Both the position numbers and the translations under genes were made by a program. A stretch of DNA of 64,000 nt from an uncultured Verrucomicrobiae bacterium (lineage in GTDB: Bacteria; Verrucomicrobiota; Verrucomicrobiia; Chthoniobacterales; UBA10450). The notes beneath the pieces are model-generated. The model searched no databases. It had not been told where the DNA came from and was given only the letters and a program-made list of their open reading frames with translations. The stretch is from assembly GCA_963726745.1 (NCBI GenBank), contig CAVSDR010000006.1, forward strand, positions 928,001 to 992,000. The letters are read 5' to 3'. Positions 12,035 to 22,354 of this stretch are shown in pieces (the stretch's first letter is position 1; every line of letters starts with the position of its first letter).

Positions 12035-12982
12035 TCAGCGGCGCCACTCGGTCCGCGGCTTCGGCGCGGCAAAGGCTTCCGGCGCGATCTCGTGCGCGGT
12101 GCGGAAGTGCACCTTCGCCACCTCCCGCAAAGCCTCCGCGCCGCCCTGCTCCACAATCTTGCGCGCGGCCGCTTTCACACCCGCGGAGACGCCGCGCTCG
12201 AGTTTTACCCCCACGGCGCGGCCCTTTTTTTCCAGCCAATCGATGAAACCCTCCCGCGCCAGGATCGAGGCCGCGGCCACCGCGAGATCGGATTCTGCCT
12301 TCGTCCGCTGCTCCATCTGGATCCCGCGACCCTTCTGGAAAAGCGAACGCTCGATCACGCGCGCGTCGGCAAATTTATCCGACAACGCCCGCGGACAATC
12401 CGGCCGCCGCTCGAGCAAATTTTCGATCACCCGCGCGTGCCCCCAGCCGAGCAGGCTGTTGAGGTTGCCAAACTTCAGGTAGAGCTCGTTATACTTTTCC
12501 GGCCCGATCACGATTGCTTCCGAGATCGCGCCCTGCGTTTTTCGGATCGTGTCGGCTAATTGGTGGATGCGCGCGTCTGAGCCAATGCGCTTGCTATCCT
12601 GGATCCCAGCTTCCATGAACTTCCGCGCGATCCCGCGATCCACGTAGACCCCCGCGATCACCAGCGGCCCGAAGAAGTCGCCCTTCCCGCTCTCGTCCAC
12701 CCCGAAGTGCGGCTCGAACATCTCCGGCGAGTGCACTTCTTCGTAACCCAGCTTCGCCTCCCCGAGAATCTTCGGCTCGAGCTGGAATTGCACGAACTCC
12801 TCCAGCCCCTTCCCTTGGAGCAAAACCTTCGGCCCCTTCTCATAGACCGCCACGCTCAGCTTCTCCTTTTGCGCGAAGAAAATCGTATACGGCCGGGCTG
12901 CGAAAACGAAGCCCAGCTCCTGGAGCAAAAGCCGAAGCTGCTCGGCCTGGGCGGCGGTGAGCGGGTGGGTGTAGGTGTTCAC
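12035..12982 (-). CDS. rnhC: Ribonuclease HIII
   Basis: N-terminal TBP-like domain (VAVYEKGPKVLLQGKG), GVDESGKGDFFGPLV, DSK, AVAAASILAR. Confidence 0.94.
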   Translation of the reverse strand: MNTYTHPLTAAQAEQLRLLLQELGFVFAARPYTIFFAQKEKLSVAVYEKGPKVLLQGKGLEEFVQFQLEPKILGEAKLGYEEVHSPEMFEPHFGVDESGKGDFFGPLVIAGVYVDRGIARKFMEAGIQDSKRIGSDARIHQLADTIRKTQGAISEAIVIGPEKYNELYLKFGNLNSLLGWGHARVIENLLERRPDCPRALSDKFADARVIERSLFQKGRGIQMEQRTKAESDLAVAAASILAREGFIDWLEKKGRAVGVKLERGVSAGVKAAARKIVEQGGAEALREVAKVHFRTAHEIAPEAFAAPKPRTEWRR

Positions 12983-12989
12983 AGCAAGC

Positions 12990-13071
12990 CGAACGTCGAA
13001 CGTCGAACGCTAGACGTCCAACGTCGCCTTTTCGTTCAGCGTTGGACGTCCAGCGTCCGGCGTTCGAAGTT
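12990..13071. repeat. Inverted array of degenerate 7-bp repeats (AACGTCS x5 / CGTTSRR x5)
   Basis: AACGTCG AACGTCG AACGCTA GACGTCC AACGTCG ... CGTTCAG CGTTGGA CGTCCAG CGTCCGG CGTTCGA; 13008-13023 pairs with 13040-13055 with one mismatch. Confidence 0.85.
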
Positions 13072-13079
13072 TCTCCCCT

Positions 13080-14027
13080 CTGAACCCGCCCGCCTTCCGC
13101 CGTGCCCTCCAAACCTGGTTCCGCCAGCACGGTCGCGATCTCCCCTGGCGCCACACGCGCGATCCCTACGCCATACTCGTCTCCGAGATCATGCTGCAGC
13201 AGACGCAGGTCGCGACCGTGCTGCCTTATTACCAGCGCTGGCTGGAGCGCTTCCCCACCGCCGCCGCCCTCGCCGCGGCCCCGGAATCCGACGTCCTCCA
13301 CGCCTGGCAAGGCCTCGGCTACTATTCGCGCGCGCGGAATCTCCACGCCGTCGCGAAGGCGATTGGCTCCGGCCCTTTCCCGGAAGATCTCCAGCCGCTT
13401 CCCGGCATCGGCCGTTACACCGCCAACGCCGTGGCCACCTTCGCCTTCGACCGGAGCGTCCCGCTCGTGGAGGCGAACATCGCCCGCCTCCTCGCGCGCT
13501 TGCTCGACCTGCAAATCCCGATCGACACCGCCGCCGGCCGCGCCGCGCTTTGGTCCACCGCGGAGAAGTTGCTGCCTAAAAAGTCCGCCGGTCAGCACAA
13601 CTCCGCGCTCATGGACCTGGGTGCGCTTGTCTGCACGCCACGCTCGCCGCGCTGCCCCATTTGTCCCGTCGCCCGCTTTTGCGCCGCGCGCGCGCCGGAG
13701 GAATTACCGCGAAAAAAACCGCGCACCGCCCTCAAGCTTCTCACCGAGCACCACGCTTTTAGCCAGCGAGATGGCCACGTCCTCCTCGAGCAATCGGCCA
13801 GTCGCTGGCGCGGCCTCTGGATTCTCCCGCGCACTGCGCCTAACGAGTCCACGCCGCTTTACGTCGCCGACTTTCCCTTCACCCATCACCGGATCACGCT
13901 CGCGGTCCACGCGGCCGCGGTCGCGGAAGAGGCGGCGCATCGCTGGTTCCCGGTGAGCGAACTCGCGGCCGTGCCCCTGCCCTCGCCCCATCGTCGCGCG
14001 CTCGAACATTTGCTCGCGGTTGCGTGA
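13080..14027 (+). CDS. mutY: A/G-specific adenine glycosylase MutY
   Basis: WFRQHGRDLPWR..DPYAILVSEIMLQQTQV, WQGLGYYSRARNL, HhH LPGIGRYTA, Fe-S CTPRSPRCPICPV...C. Conserved N-terminus lies upstream of ATG 13191, so the start is probably CTG 13080. Confidence 0.92.
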   Translation: MNPPAFRRALQTWFRQHGRDLPWRHTRDPYAILVSEIMLQQTQVATVLPYYQRWLERFPTAAALAAAPESDVLHAWQGLGYYSRARNLHAVAKAIGSGPFPEDLQPLPGIGRYTANAVATFAFDRSVPLVEANIARLLARLLDLQIPIDTAAGRAALWSTAEKLLPKKSAGQHNSALMDLGALVCTPRSPRCPICPVARFCAARAPEELPRKKPRTALKLLTEHHAFSQRDGHVLLEQSASRWRGLWILPRTAPNESTPLYVADFPFTHHRITLAVHAAAVAEEAAHRWFPVSELAAVPLPSPHRRALEHLLAVA

Positions 14028-14047
14028 CCCCCTAATCTCCCCCTTCC

Positions 14048-15244
<1,197 letters not shown>

Positions 15245-16120
15245 ATGCGCTCAATGACCGGATATGGCCGTGGCGAAGTGGACCACGGCGGGACGAAGTT
15301 CAGCGTGGAGCTGAACTCGGTGAATCGAAAGCAGAGCGACATTGTGATCAATCTCCCGCGTGAACTGGCCGCGCTCGAGCCGCAGATTCGTCAGGCGATC
15401 AACGAGAAGCTTTCCCGCGGCCGCACGAACGCGAACATCTCGGTGCAGAACGGGAACAACGGCGCGCGCGCGCTCGAGTTGGATACCCAGCTCGCGCGTT
15501 CCTACCACGCCGCCATGCTCGCCTTGCAGCGCGAGCTCAACGCGCCCGGCGAAATTTCGATCGACAAAATCCTGGCCGCGCCCGGAGTGATGCGCCTGGC
15601 CGAGGAAAACACCAAGCCCGAGACCGCCTGGCCGCCGATCGAAAGTGCACTCGCTAATGCGCTGTCTGATTTGATCAAGATGCGCGAGCGCGAGGGGAAA
15701 CATCTCGCGAAGGATTTGATTCATCGCCTTAAGACCATCCGCGCCGAGGTGAAGGAAGTGCGGACGCTCTTCCCCGAGGTGGTGAAAAAATACCGCGCCG
15801 CCCTGCTCGAGCGGATCCAGAAAGCCGGACTCGACCTCTCGTTAGACGACGATCGCCTCCTGAAGGAGGTCTCGATCTTCGCCGATCGCGCGGATGTCTC
15901 CGAGGAATTGACCCGGCTCGAAAGCCATCTCGCGCAGTTCGCGCATCACCTGCGCAAGAACGAACCAGTCGGGCGCACGCTCGAGTTCATCACCCAGGAA
16001 ATCTTTCGCGAGTTGAATACGCTCGGCGCGAAAGCGAATGATGCCGCGATCTCGCAACACGTCGTCGCCTGCAAGGCCGAGCTGGAGAAGATTCGCGAAC
16101 AAATCCAAAACCTTGAGTAA
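15245..16120 (+). CDS. yicC: YicC/YloC family endoribonuclease
   Basis: MRSMTGYGR..SVN, DVSEELTRLESH, GRTLEFITQEIFRELNTLGAK, EKIREQIQNLE. Confidence 0.95.
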   Translation: MRSMTGYGRGEVDHGGTKFSVELNSVNRKQSDIVINLPRELAALEPQIRQAINEKLSRGRTNANISVQNGNNGARALELDTQLARSYHAAMLALQRELNAPGEISIDKILAAPGVMRLAEENTKPETAWPPIESALANALSDLIKMREREGKHLAKDLIHRLKTIRAEVKEVRTLFPEVVKKYRAALLERIQKAGLDLSLDDDRLLKEVSIFADRADVSEELTRLESHLAQFAHHLRKNEPVGRTLEFITQEIFRELNTLGAKANDAAISQHVVACKAELEKIREQIQNLE

Positions 16121-16724
16121 GCAATTCACCCGCAGCGGCATTCTCTTCGTGGTCTCCGCCCCTTCCGGCGCCGGCAAAACCACCTTGTGCGACGCCCTCC
16201 GCACCACGCCCGATTTTGTCTACTCCGTTTCCTGCACCACGCGGGAGCCGCGCGCGGGCGAGATCGATGGCGAGGATTACCACTTTGTGACCGAGGAAGA
16301 ATTCGTTGCCCGGGTGAAAGAAGAGGAGTTCCTCGAATACGCGCGCGTGCATGATTATTACTATGGCACCTTGCGGAAGCCGATCTGCGCGCACCTGGAA
16401 GAGGGCGTCGATGTCCTGATCGACATCGACACGCAGGGCGCGGACGCGATTCGCAACTACAAGGATGAGTTTGTGCGCAAGTCGCTCTGCGACGTTTTCA
16501 TCATGCCGCCTGATCTCGAGGAACTCCGCCGCCGCCTAACGAAACGTGGCACGGAGACGGATGCGCAGATTGAGCTCCGGTTGCTCAATGCCGCGCGCGA
16601 GATGGAACTCTGGCGCGACTACCGCTACACCATCATCAGCCGCTCGATGGAAGAGGACCTGCAGAAATTTCGCCACATCATGGGCGCGGAGCGTTATCTC
16701 AGCCGACGGCTGAAACAATCATGA
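16113..16724 (+). CDS. gmk: Guanylate kinase
   Basis: VVSAPSGAGKTT, SVSCTTREPRAGEIDGEDYHF, YYGT; TTG start at 16113 overlaps the yicC end. Confidence 0.95.
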   Translation: MSKQFTRSGILFVVSAPSGAGKTTLCDALRTTPDFVYSVSCTTREPRAGEIDGEDYHFVTEEEFVARVKEEEFLEYARVHDYYYGTLRKPICAHLEEGVDVLIDIDTQGADAIRNYKDEFVRKSLCDVFIMPPDLEELRRRLTKRGTETDAQIELRLLNAAREMELWRDYRYTIISRSMEEDLQKFRHIMGAERYLSRRLKQS

Positions 16725-17290
16725 ACGCGGTCGCGAAGAAAACTGTCGTCCTCGGTGTGACCGGTTCGATCGCGGCCTACAAGTCGGCGGAATTAGCCAG
16801 CCTTCTCTTCAAGCAGGGTCACGACGTTTTCGTGGTCATGACGCGCGACGCCGCGGAGTTCATCACGCCGCTCACGCTGCAAACGCTTTCGAAAAATCCG
16901 GTCACGACCAGCTTCTACGACGAGAAGGAAAACTGGCGCCCGGGACACATCGATCTCGCGGATCGCGCGCATCTGCTCCTGATCGCGCCGGCCACCGCAA
17001 ACATCATCGCGGAACTCGCGCATGGTTTTGCCGGTCACCCGCTGGCCGCGATCGCGCTCGCGACCCGCGCGCCAATTCTGCTCGCGCCGGCGATGAACGG
17101 AAAGATGTGGGAGCACGCCGCGACGCAGGAGAATGTCGGCAAACTGCGCAGCCGCGGGGTCGAGTTCATCGGACCCGAGGAGGGAATGCTCGCCTGCGGC
17201 TACGAAGGCGCCGGCCGCCTCTGGAAGGTCGACGAGATCGCTTTCCGCGCGGAGTTTCTCCTGCGGAGCCAGGATAACCTGATCGCGTGA
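16721..17290 (+). CDS. coaC: Phosphopantothenoylcysteine decarboxylase (stand-alone CoaC)
   Basis: LGVTGSIAAYK, HIDLA, APATAN, APAMN..MW, LACG..GAGRL. Confidence 0.93.
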   Translation: MNAVAKKTVVLGVTGSIAAYKSAELASLLFKQGHDVFVVMTRDAAEFITPLTLQTLSKNPVTTSFYDEKENWRPGHIDLADRAHLLLIAPATANIIAELAHGFAGHPLAAIALATRAPILLAPAMNGKMWEHAATQENVGKLRSRGVEFIGPEEGMLACGYEGAGRLWKVDEIAFRAEFLLRSQDNLIA

Positions 17291-17940
17291 GAGTGCTGGT
17301 TACCGCCGGCCCCACGCGCGAAGCGCTCGATCCCGTTCGTTTCCTGAGCAATCGCTCCTCTGGCAAGATGGGCTACGCCATCGCCGAGGCTGCGCTGGAG
17401 AGCGGCCACGAAGTTACTCTGATCAGCGGGCCGGTCGCCCTCTCTCCGCCGGCGGGAGCGGAAGTTATTCGCATCACCACAGCCGACGAACTTTTCGATG
17501 CCGTGCATGCGCACGTCGCTGCCTGCGACTTGCTGGTGATGTGCGCCGCGGTCTGCGATTACAAACCGCTGTCTGTATCCGCGGGCAAGCTTCCAAAACA
17601 GACAGCCACCTTCACGCTCGAGCTCACGCCCACGCGTGACGTTCTCGCCTCGCTTGCGCCTAACGAGCGGTCGTTTTACGTCGTCGGTTTCGCTGCGGAA
17701 ACGCAAAACCTCGAGGGAAACGCGCTCGCCAAGCTCGCGCGCAAACATTGCGACGCGATCATCGCCAACGATGTCAGCGCGGAAGATGTCGGGATGGAAA
17801 GCGATGAGAATGCGGCGACGATTTTCTTCGCGAATGGTGAGCGCGCGGTCTTCGCACGCGCTGAAAAAAAATTACTCGCGCGCGAAATGATGAAAAAAAT
17901 TTTCACGATTGCGCAAAAAAGTTTGACAAAAAAAACGTGA
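17287..17940 (+). CDS. coaB: Phosphopantothenate--cysteine ligase (stand-alone CoaB)
   Basis: VLVTAGPTREALDPVRFLSNRSSGKMG, AAVCDY, VGFAAET, IIAND; GTGA overlap with coaC. Confidence 0.93.
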   Translation: MRVLVTAGPTREALDPVRFLSNRSSGKMGYAIAEAALESGHEVTLISGPVALSPPAGAEVIRITTADELFDAVHAHVAACDLLVMCAAVCDYKPLSVSAGKLPKQTATFTLELTPTRDVLASLAPNERSFYVVGFAAETQNLEGNALAKLARKHCDAIIANDVSAEDVGMESDENAATIFFANGERAVFARAEKKLLAREMMKKIFTIAQKSLTKKT

Positions 17941-18022
17941 TGTTTAGTGACTCGTGTCGTGAACTTATTCACACACTTGTTCACACCCAACCGCACCTGC
18001 GGATCGAAAGGGGGGATATCTC

Positions 18023-18118
18023 ATGCCAGCAAAGAAGAAAGCCGCTGCTAAGAAAGCGCCTGCAAAGAAAAAAGCAGCCGCCAAAAAGCCCGCGAAGAAG
18101 GCCTCCAAGAAGAAATAG
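18023..18118 (+). CDS. 31-aa Lys/Ala-rich histone-H1-like peptide
   Basis: MPAKKKAAAKKAPAKKKAAAKKPAKKASKKK*; purine-rich SD (GAAAGGGGGG) upstream, TTGACA at 17923, terminator downstream. Confidence 0.8.
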   Translation: MPAKKKAAAKKAPAKKKAAAKKPAKKASKKK

Positions 18119-18177
18119 TTCTCTGGCCTGATCACAGAAGAACCTCCCAATCGTTCTTCTAAAACGAAAACTCTAAC

Positions 18178-18216
18178 CCGGGGGAAGGATTCCGATTCTT
18201 CCTCCGGTTTTCTTTT
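18178..18216 (+). terminator. Rho-independent terminator
   Basis: 13-bp stem CCGGGGGAAGGAT / ATTCTTCCTCCGG (2 G-U pairs), loop TCCG, then TTTTCTTTT. Confidence 0.85.
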
Positions 18217-18278
18217 GCCCCGAGGCGTCGCGCGGAAAAGTTTTCGCGGCGGCGCCATTCTCCCTGTAGTTCTCTCGC

Positions 18279-19034
18279 ATGCAAAATTTCCAGGAGGCCG
18301 CGGAACGGGCGGCGCGCGCGGCTGGCCAGTCGCTCCGCGAGCAGTTCGATCAGCCGCGGCGGGTGAATGCGTCGGAAAAGCACGACATCAAGCTCGAGAT
18401 CGATGTCCTTACGCAGGAGTTGATCACCAAGGTTCTGCTCACCGAATTTCCTGAGCACGCGCTCTACGGCGAGGAGGGCGTCACCGGCGACCAGACGGCG
18501 GAGTATCAATGGATCGTCGATCCGATCGACGGGACGGTGAATTACTTTTACGGCATTCCGCACTTCTGCATCTCGATCGCGCTCCGCCGCGGCGAGGAGA
18601 TGATCGTGGGCGTGATTTACGATCCCATGCGCGATGAAATGTGGAGCACGCGCGCGGGCGCGCCGACGACTTTGAATGGCAAAACCGTGCGCGTGAGCGC
18701 ACGAGCGACAATGGCGGAGGCGGTCCTCTCCGTCGGTCTTTCGAAAAGCAAAACCACGATCGATGCCGGCCTGCCGCTGCTCGCGGAGATGGCGCATCGC
18801 GTGCGCAAGTGCCGCCTGATGGGCAGCGCCGCGCTCGACATGGCCTACGTCGCTTGCGGACGCTTTGACGCTTATATCGAGCAAGGGATCAGCCTCTGGG
18901 ATGTGGCCGCCGGCATCTTGCTGATTAAAAACGCCGGCGGCACGATCGACATGCGGCCGCGCCCGGACCAGAAGGATAAATACAGCATCGTGGCCGCAAA
19001 CGGCGCGCTCGAGCTCGGCCTTCCACAACCATGA
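18279..19034 (+). CDS. suhB: Inositol monophosphatase family protein
   Basis: YGEE, WIVDPIDGTVNY, R.MGSAALDMAYVACGRFD, WDVAAG. Confidence 0.9.
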   Translation: MQNFQEAAERAARAAGQSLREQFDQPRRVNASEKHDIKLEIDVLTQELITKVLLTEFPEHALYGEEGVTGDQTAEYQWIVDPIDGTVNYFYGIPHFCISIALRRGEEMIVGVIYDPMRDEMWSTRAGAPTTLNGKTVRVSARATMAEAVLSVGLSKSKTTIDAGLPLLAEMAHRVRKCRLMGSAALDMAYVACGRFDAYIEQGISLWDVAAGILLIKNAGGTIDMRPRPDQKDKYSIVAANGALELGLPQP

Positions 19035-19510
19035 AAACGAAATGCGGCATCGGCTACGACGCGCATCGCCTGGTCGCGGGGCGCAAGCTCATCCTCGGCG
19101 GCGTGGAGATTCCTCACTCGTTAGGCCTCGAGGGCCATTCGGACGCCGACGTGCTCGCGCATGCGATCGCGGATGCGCTTCTTGGCGCGATCGCACAGGG
19201 CGACATCGGTCATCATTTTCCGAACACGGATGAAAGCATCCGTGGGATCAGCAGCCTGGCGATTCTCGGCCGCACGCAGGAGATCCTGGCGCAATACCAG
19301 GCGCGGATCGTGAACGTCGACGCGACCCTCCTGGCGGAGGCGCCGAAGATTGCGCCGCACATTCCGGCGATGCGCGCGGCGATTGCGCAGGCGCTGCGCA
19401 TCGAGACCGGCTGCGTGAGCATTAAGGCGACGACCAACGAAGGCCTCGGCACGATCGGCCGCAGCGAAGGCATGGCGGCGATGGCGGTCGCGAGCGTGGA
19501 GCAGGATTAG
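19031..19510 (+). CDS. ispF: 2-C-methyl-D-erythritol 2,4-cyclodiphosphate synthase
   Basis: GIGYDAH, GHSDADVLAHAIADALLGA, GDIG.HFP, SIKATTNEGLG. Confidence 0.96.
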   Translation: MKTKCGIGYDAHRLVAGRKLILGGVEIPHSLGLEGHSDADVLAHAIADALLGAIAQGDIGHHFPNTDESIRGISSLAILGRTQEILAQYQARIVNVDATLLAEAPKIAPHIPAMRAAIAQALRIETGCVSIKATTNEGLGTIGRSEGMAAMAVASVEQD

Positions 19511-19513
19511 TCG

Positions 19514-20905
19514 ATGGCGTTGCGTTTCTTCAACACCTTCACGCGCGCGCTGGAGGAATTTCGCCCGCTCGATCCGGCGGGCGCGCGGTGAAGATGTATA
19601 CCTGCGGCCCGACGGTTTATTCCTTCGCGCACATCGGAAATTTCCGCGCCTACCTCTTCGAGGATCTGCTGCAACGGCAACTCGAGCTGCGCGGTTACGC
19701 GGTCGAGCGGGTGATGAACATCACCGACGTCGACGACAAGACGATCCGCGGCTGCCAGGCGGCCGGCGTCTCGCTGGCTAATTTTACCGAGCAATTCAAG
19801 AACGCCTTCTTCGCCGATCTCGATGCGCTCCGGATCAAGCGCGCGGAGAAATATCCGGCCGCGACCGACTACGTCCCGGCGATGATCGCGATGATCGAGA
19901 CCCTGATTGCGCGCGACCTGGCGTATCAGGCCGAGGACAAATCGGTTTACTACCGGATCAAGAATTTCCCGGCCTACGGACACCTGGCGCACTTCAACCT
20001 CGACGAGCTGCAATCGACCGGCCGGGTGAAGAACGACGAATACGAAAAGGAAAACATCGGCGACTTCGCGCTTTGGAAAGCGTGGGACGAAGCCGACGGC
20101 GACGTCCGCTGGGAGAGTCCATGGGGCCCCGGCCGGCCCGGCTGGCACATCGAGTGCAGCGCGATGGCGACGCAGCTGCTCGGCGAGCAACTCGACCTGC
20201 ATTGCGGCGGCGTGGACAACATTTTCCCGCACCACGAAGCCGAGATCGCGCAGACCGAAGGCTGCACCGGGCGACAATTTGTCCGCTACTGGATGCATTG
20301 CGCGCACCTCTTGGTCGAAGGGACAGAAAATGTCCAAGTCGCTGGGTAATTTCTTCACCCTGCGCGACGTGCTCGAGCGAGGTTACAGCGGGAGGGAAGT
20401 GCGCTACGCACTCCTGCGGGTGCACTATCGCGCGCAGCTCAATTTTACCTGGGAAGGAATGGAGGAAGCGCGCGTGGCGCTGGCGCGGATTGATGATTGG
20501 GTCGCGCGGCTGCGCTCGTTAGGCGGCAACTTCCAGGGCGCCACGTCAAAGGACAGAGGTTTCGCGGAGGCTTTAGACGACGACCTCAACATCTCGGCCG
20601 CGCTCGGTTTTCTCTTCGAGACGATCCGCGAGACAAACAAGGCGATGGATCAGGGCGAGCTCGACGCGGCCGCGGCTGCCGAGTGGCTCGCGGCCTGGGA
20701 GAAAATAGACAGCGTGCTCGCAATTTCCGCGGGGGAAACGGCGGTGCCGACGGAAGTGGCGCAACTCGCGGAGGCGCGGGTGCAGGCGAGGCTTGCCAAG
20801 GAGTGGCGCAAAAGTGATGAATTGCGCGATCAAATCGCCGCGCTCGGCTGGGAGGCGCGCGACACCAAGGACGGACAAAAAATCACCCGCCGCGCCGGAG
20901 CCTAA
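19514..20905 (+). CDS. cysS: Cysteine--tRNA ligase, with two apparent frameshifts (about 19585 and 20320)
   Basis: MALRFFNT.. then [36 protein letters not shown], then KMSKS and DDDLN in the next frame. Confidence 0.93.
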
Positions 20906-20913
20906 CGACACGC

Positions 20914-21609
20914 ATGTTTGCCCCCGAAGAATTTCTCGACCTCGGCCACACGGCGCACCGGAAACTCTTCGAGGACCAGAAATACGTCTGGGACGCGCTC
21001 AAGCAGATCGCGAGTTACCTGAAGTTCCGGCTCAAGCCGGCGGTGCTCGGGGAATTAATCGGCAAGCCGTTCATCAGCGACGCGGTTTTCATCGGCGCGG
21101 GCACGATCGTCGAGCAGGGCGCGATGCTGAAAGGCCCGGCCTGGATCGGCGAGAATTGTTACATCCGCAGCGGCTGCTATGTGCGCGAGAACGTGATCGC
21201 CGGCGACGGCGTGGTCATGGGCAACAGCTGCGAGTTCAAGAACTGCATCCTCTTCGACGAAGCGCAGGTGCCGCATTTCAACTACGTGGGCGACTCCGTG
21301 CTCGGCTACAAGGCGCACCTTGGCGCGGGCGTGATTCTTTCGAACGTGAAGCTCGACCACCGCGAGATTCATGTGACTTCGCATGAAGGAACGATCGACA
21401 CCGGCTTGCGGAAGTTTGGCGCGATCATCGGCGACCGGACCGAGATCGGCTGCAACGCGGTGGTGAATCCCGGCTCGATCCTCGGGCGCGACTGCATCGT
21501 TTATCCGGGGACGAATTTCCGCGGCGTGCTCCCCGCTTCCACGATCGTGAAAGTGCGGCAGAACATCCAGAGCCTGACGCGCCGCGACCTCGTGCCGGGG
21601 AAAACCTAG
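20914..21609 (+). CDS. Hexapeptide-repeat (left-handed beta-helix) acyltransferase, GlmU C-terminal-like
   Basis: Repeated [IV]G.....; PHFNYVGDSVLG..AHLGAG..SN; RKFGAIIGD..EIGCN. Confidence 0.85.
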   Translation: MFAPEEFLDLGHTAHRKLFEDQKYVWDALKQIASYLKFRLKPAVLGELIGKPFISDAVFIGAGTIVEQGAMLKGPAWIGENCYIRSGCYVRENVIAGDGVVMGNSCEFKNCILFDEAQVPHFNYVGDSVLGYKAHLGAGVILSNVKLDHREIHVTSHEGTIDTGLRKFGAIIGDRTEIGCNAVVNPGSILGRDCIVYPGTNFRGVLPASTIVKVRQNIQSLTRRDLVPGKT

Positions 21610-22238
21610 TCCGTCGTCAGGACGGGCTTCGTCTTTCGCCAGCCGAAGTCGAAGAGCGTGCGCTCATACCAGCGCAGATGTTTCTCCGGGAAAATTTCGT
21701 GGGCGCGCGCGAGCCACTTCTCGGCTTCGCTTTTGTTCCCGTGGGTGTAACTCCACGCAGCCTGCGCGTAGTAGAAGCCGGCGGTCTGCGTGGGGAAAGG
21801 AATTTGCCCGAGCGCTTCCTTCGCCTCGGCCTCGTTCTTCTCGCCCAGGGAAGTCAGGAAAATGCCGTAACGCAGGCGCTCGTTGGTCGCGAGAATGTTG
21901 GTTTCCTTGGCCGCGGCGCGATAGGCTTCGCGCGCTTCGGCCCATTTTCCCTGCCGGCGGAGCGCATCGCCCACATGGAGTTGCGCGAAGGTTGCGCGGT
22001 CCTTCGCGTGCGCCGCCTGGAAGCGCTCGATCGCTTCGCTGCTCTTCCCTTGCTCCGCCAGAATCAGTCCCTGCAGGTCGAGCGCGCGCGCGGAATCGCC
22101 CGCGCCTTGCAAAGCGCTGGCTGCGGCCGCGAGCTGTCCCTCTTGAAACTCTCGCTGCGCCACCGTGAGCGCATTCTCTTGCAGCGGTTCGGCGCAGAGC
22201 AACGCCGGGACCGCCAGAAAAATAGACAGCGAGATCAG
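21606..22238 (-). CDS. Exported TPR-repeat protein (start uncertain: CTG 22238, or TTG 22358/ATG 22349 upstream of the tRNA)
   Basis: Hydrophobic signal-like LISLSIFLAVPALLCA and TPR-like helices (ALDLQGLILAEQGKSSEAIERF, LHVGDALRRQGKWAEAREAY). Confidence 0.7.
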   Translation of the reverse strand: MISLSIFLAVPALLCAEPLQENALTVAQREFQEGQLAAAASALQGAGDSARALDLQGLILAEQGKSSEAIERFQAAHAKDRATFAQLHVGDALRRQGKWAEAREAYRAAAKETNILATNERLRYGIFLTSLGEKNEAEAKEALGQIPFPTQTAGFYYAQAAWSYTHGNKSEAEKWLARAHEIFPEKHLRWYERTLFDFGWRKTKPVLTTD

Positions 22239-22252
22239 CGCGCGCGGACGCC

Positions 22253-22340
22253 TGGCGGATGGGCAGGGATTCGAACCCTGGTTGCCTTGCGGCAAACACG
22301 CTTTCCAGGCGTGCGCATTAGACCACTCTGCCACCCATCC
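22253..22340 (-). tRNA. tRNA-Ser (anticodon GGA), CCA encoded
   Basis: GGATGGG acceptor stem, D-loop GAGTGGTCTAA, anticodon arm CACGC-CTGGAAA-GCGTG, long variable arm TTGCCGCAAGGCAA, T-arm CAGGGTTCGAATCCCTG, 3' GCCA. Confidence 0.97.
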
Positions 22341-22354
22341 TCGAGACATCGCGC

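Noticed and set aside
12990..13071. Possible CRISPR array (also considered for 62130-62201)
   Set aside because: Units are 7-10 bp with no unique spacers, and there are no cas genes in the window.
17937..18258. ORF-track calls 17937-18131 (+) and 17965-18258 (-)
   Set aside because: They are alternative frames over the Lys/Ala peptide gene, which has the SD and terminator support.
19514..20905. cysS in three frames as a pseudogene or programmed frameshift
   Set aside because: cysS is essential, all motifs are intact, and one break is a G-run expansion (GAAGGGACAG). Similar small indels occur in unrelated genes, so read or assembly error is the simplest explanation; check by read mapping.
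22253..22340. tRNA-Ser as an integration site for an island
   Set aside because: No integrase, no duplicated tRNA 3' end and no compositional shift seen in the flanks.
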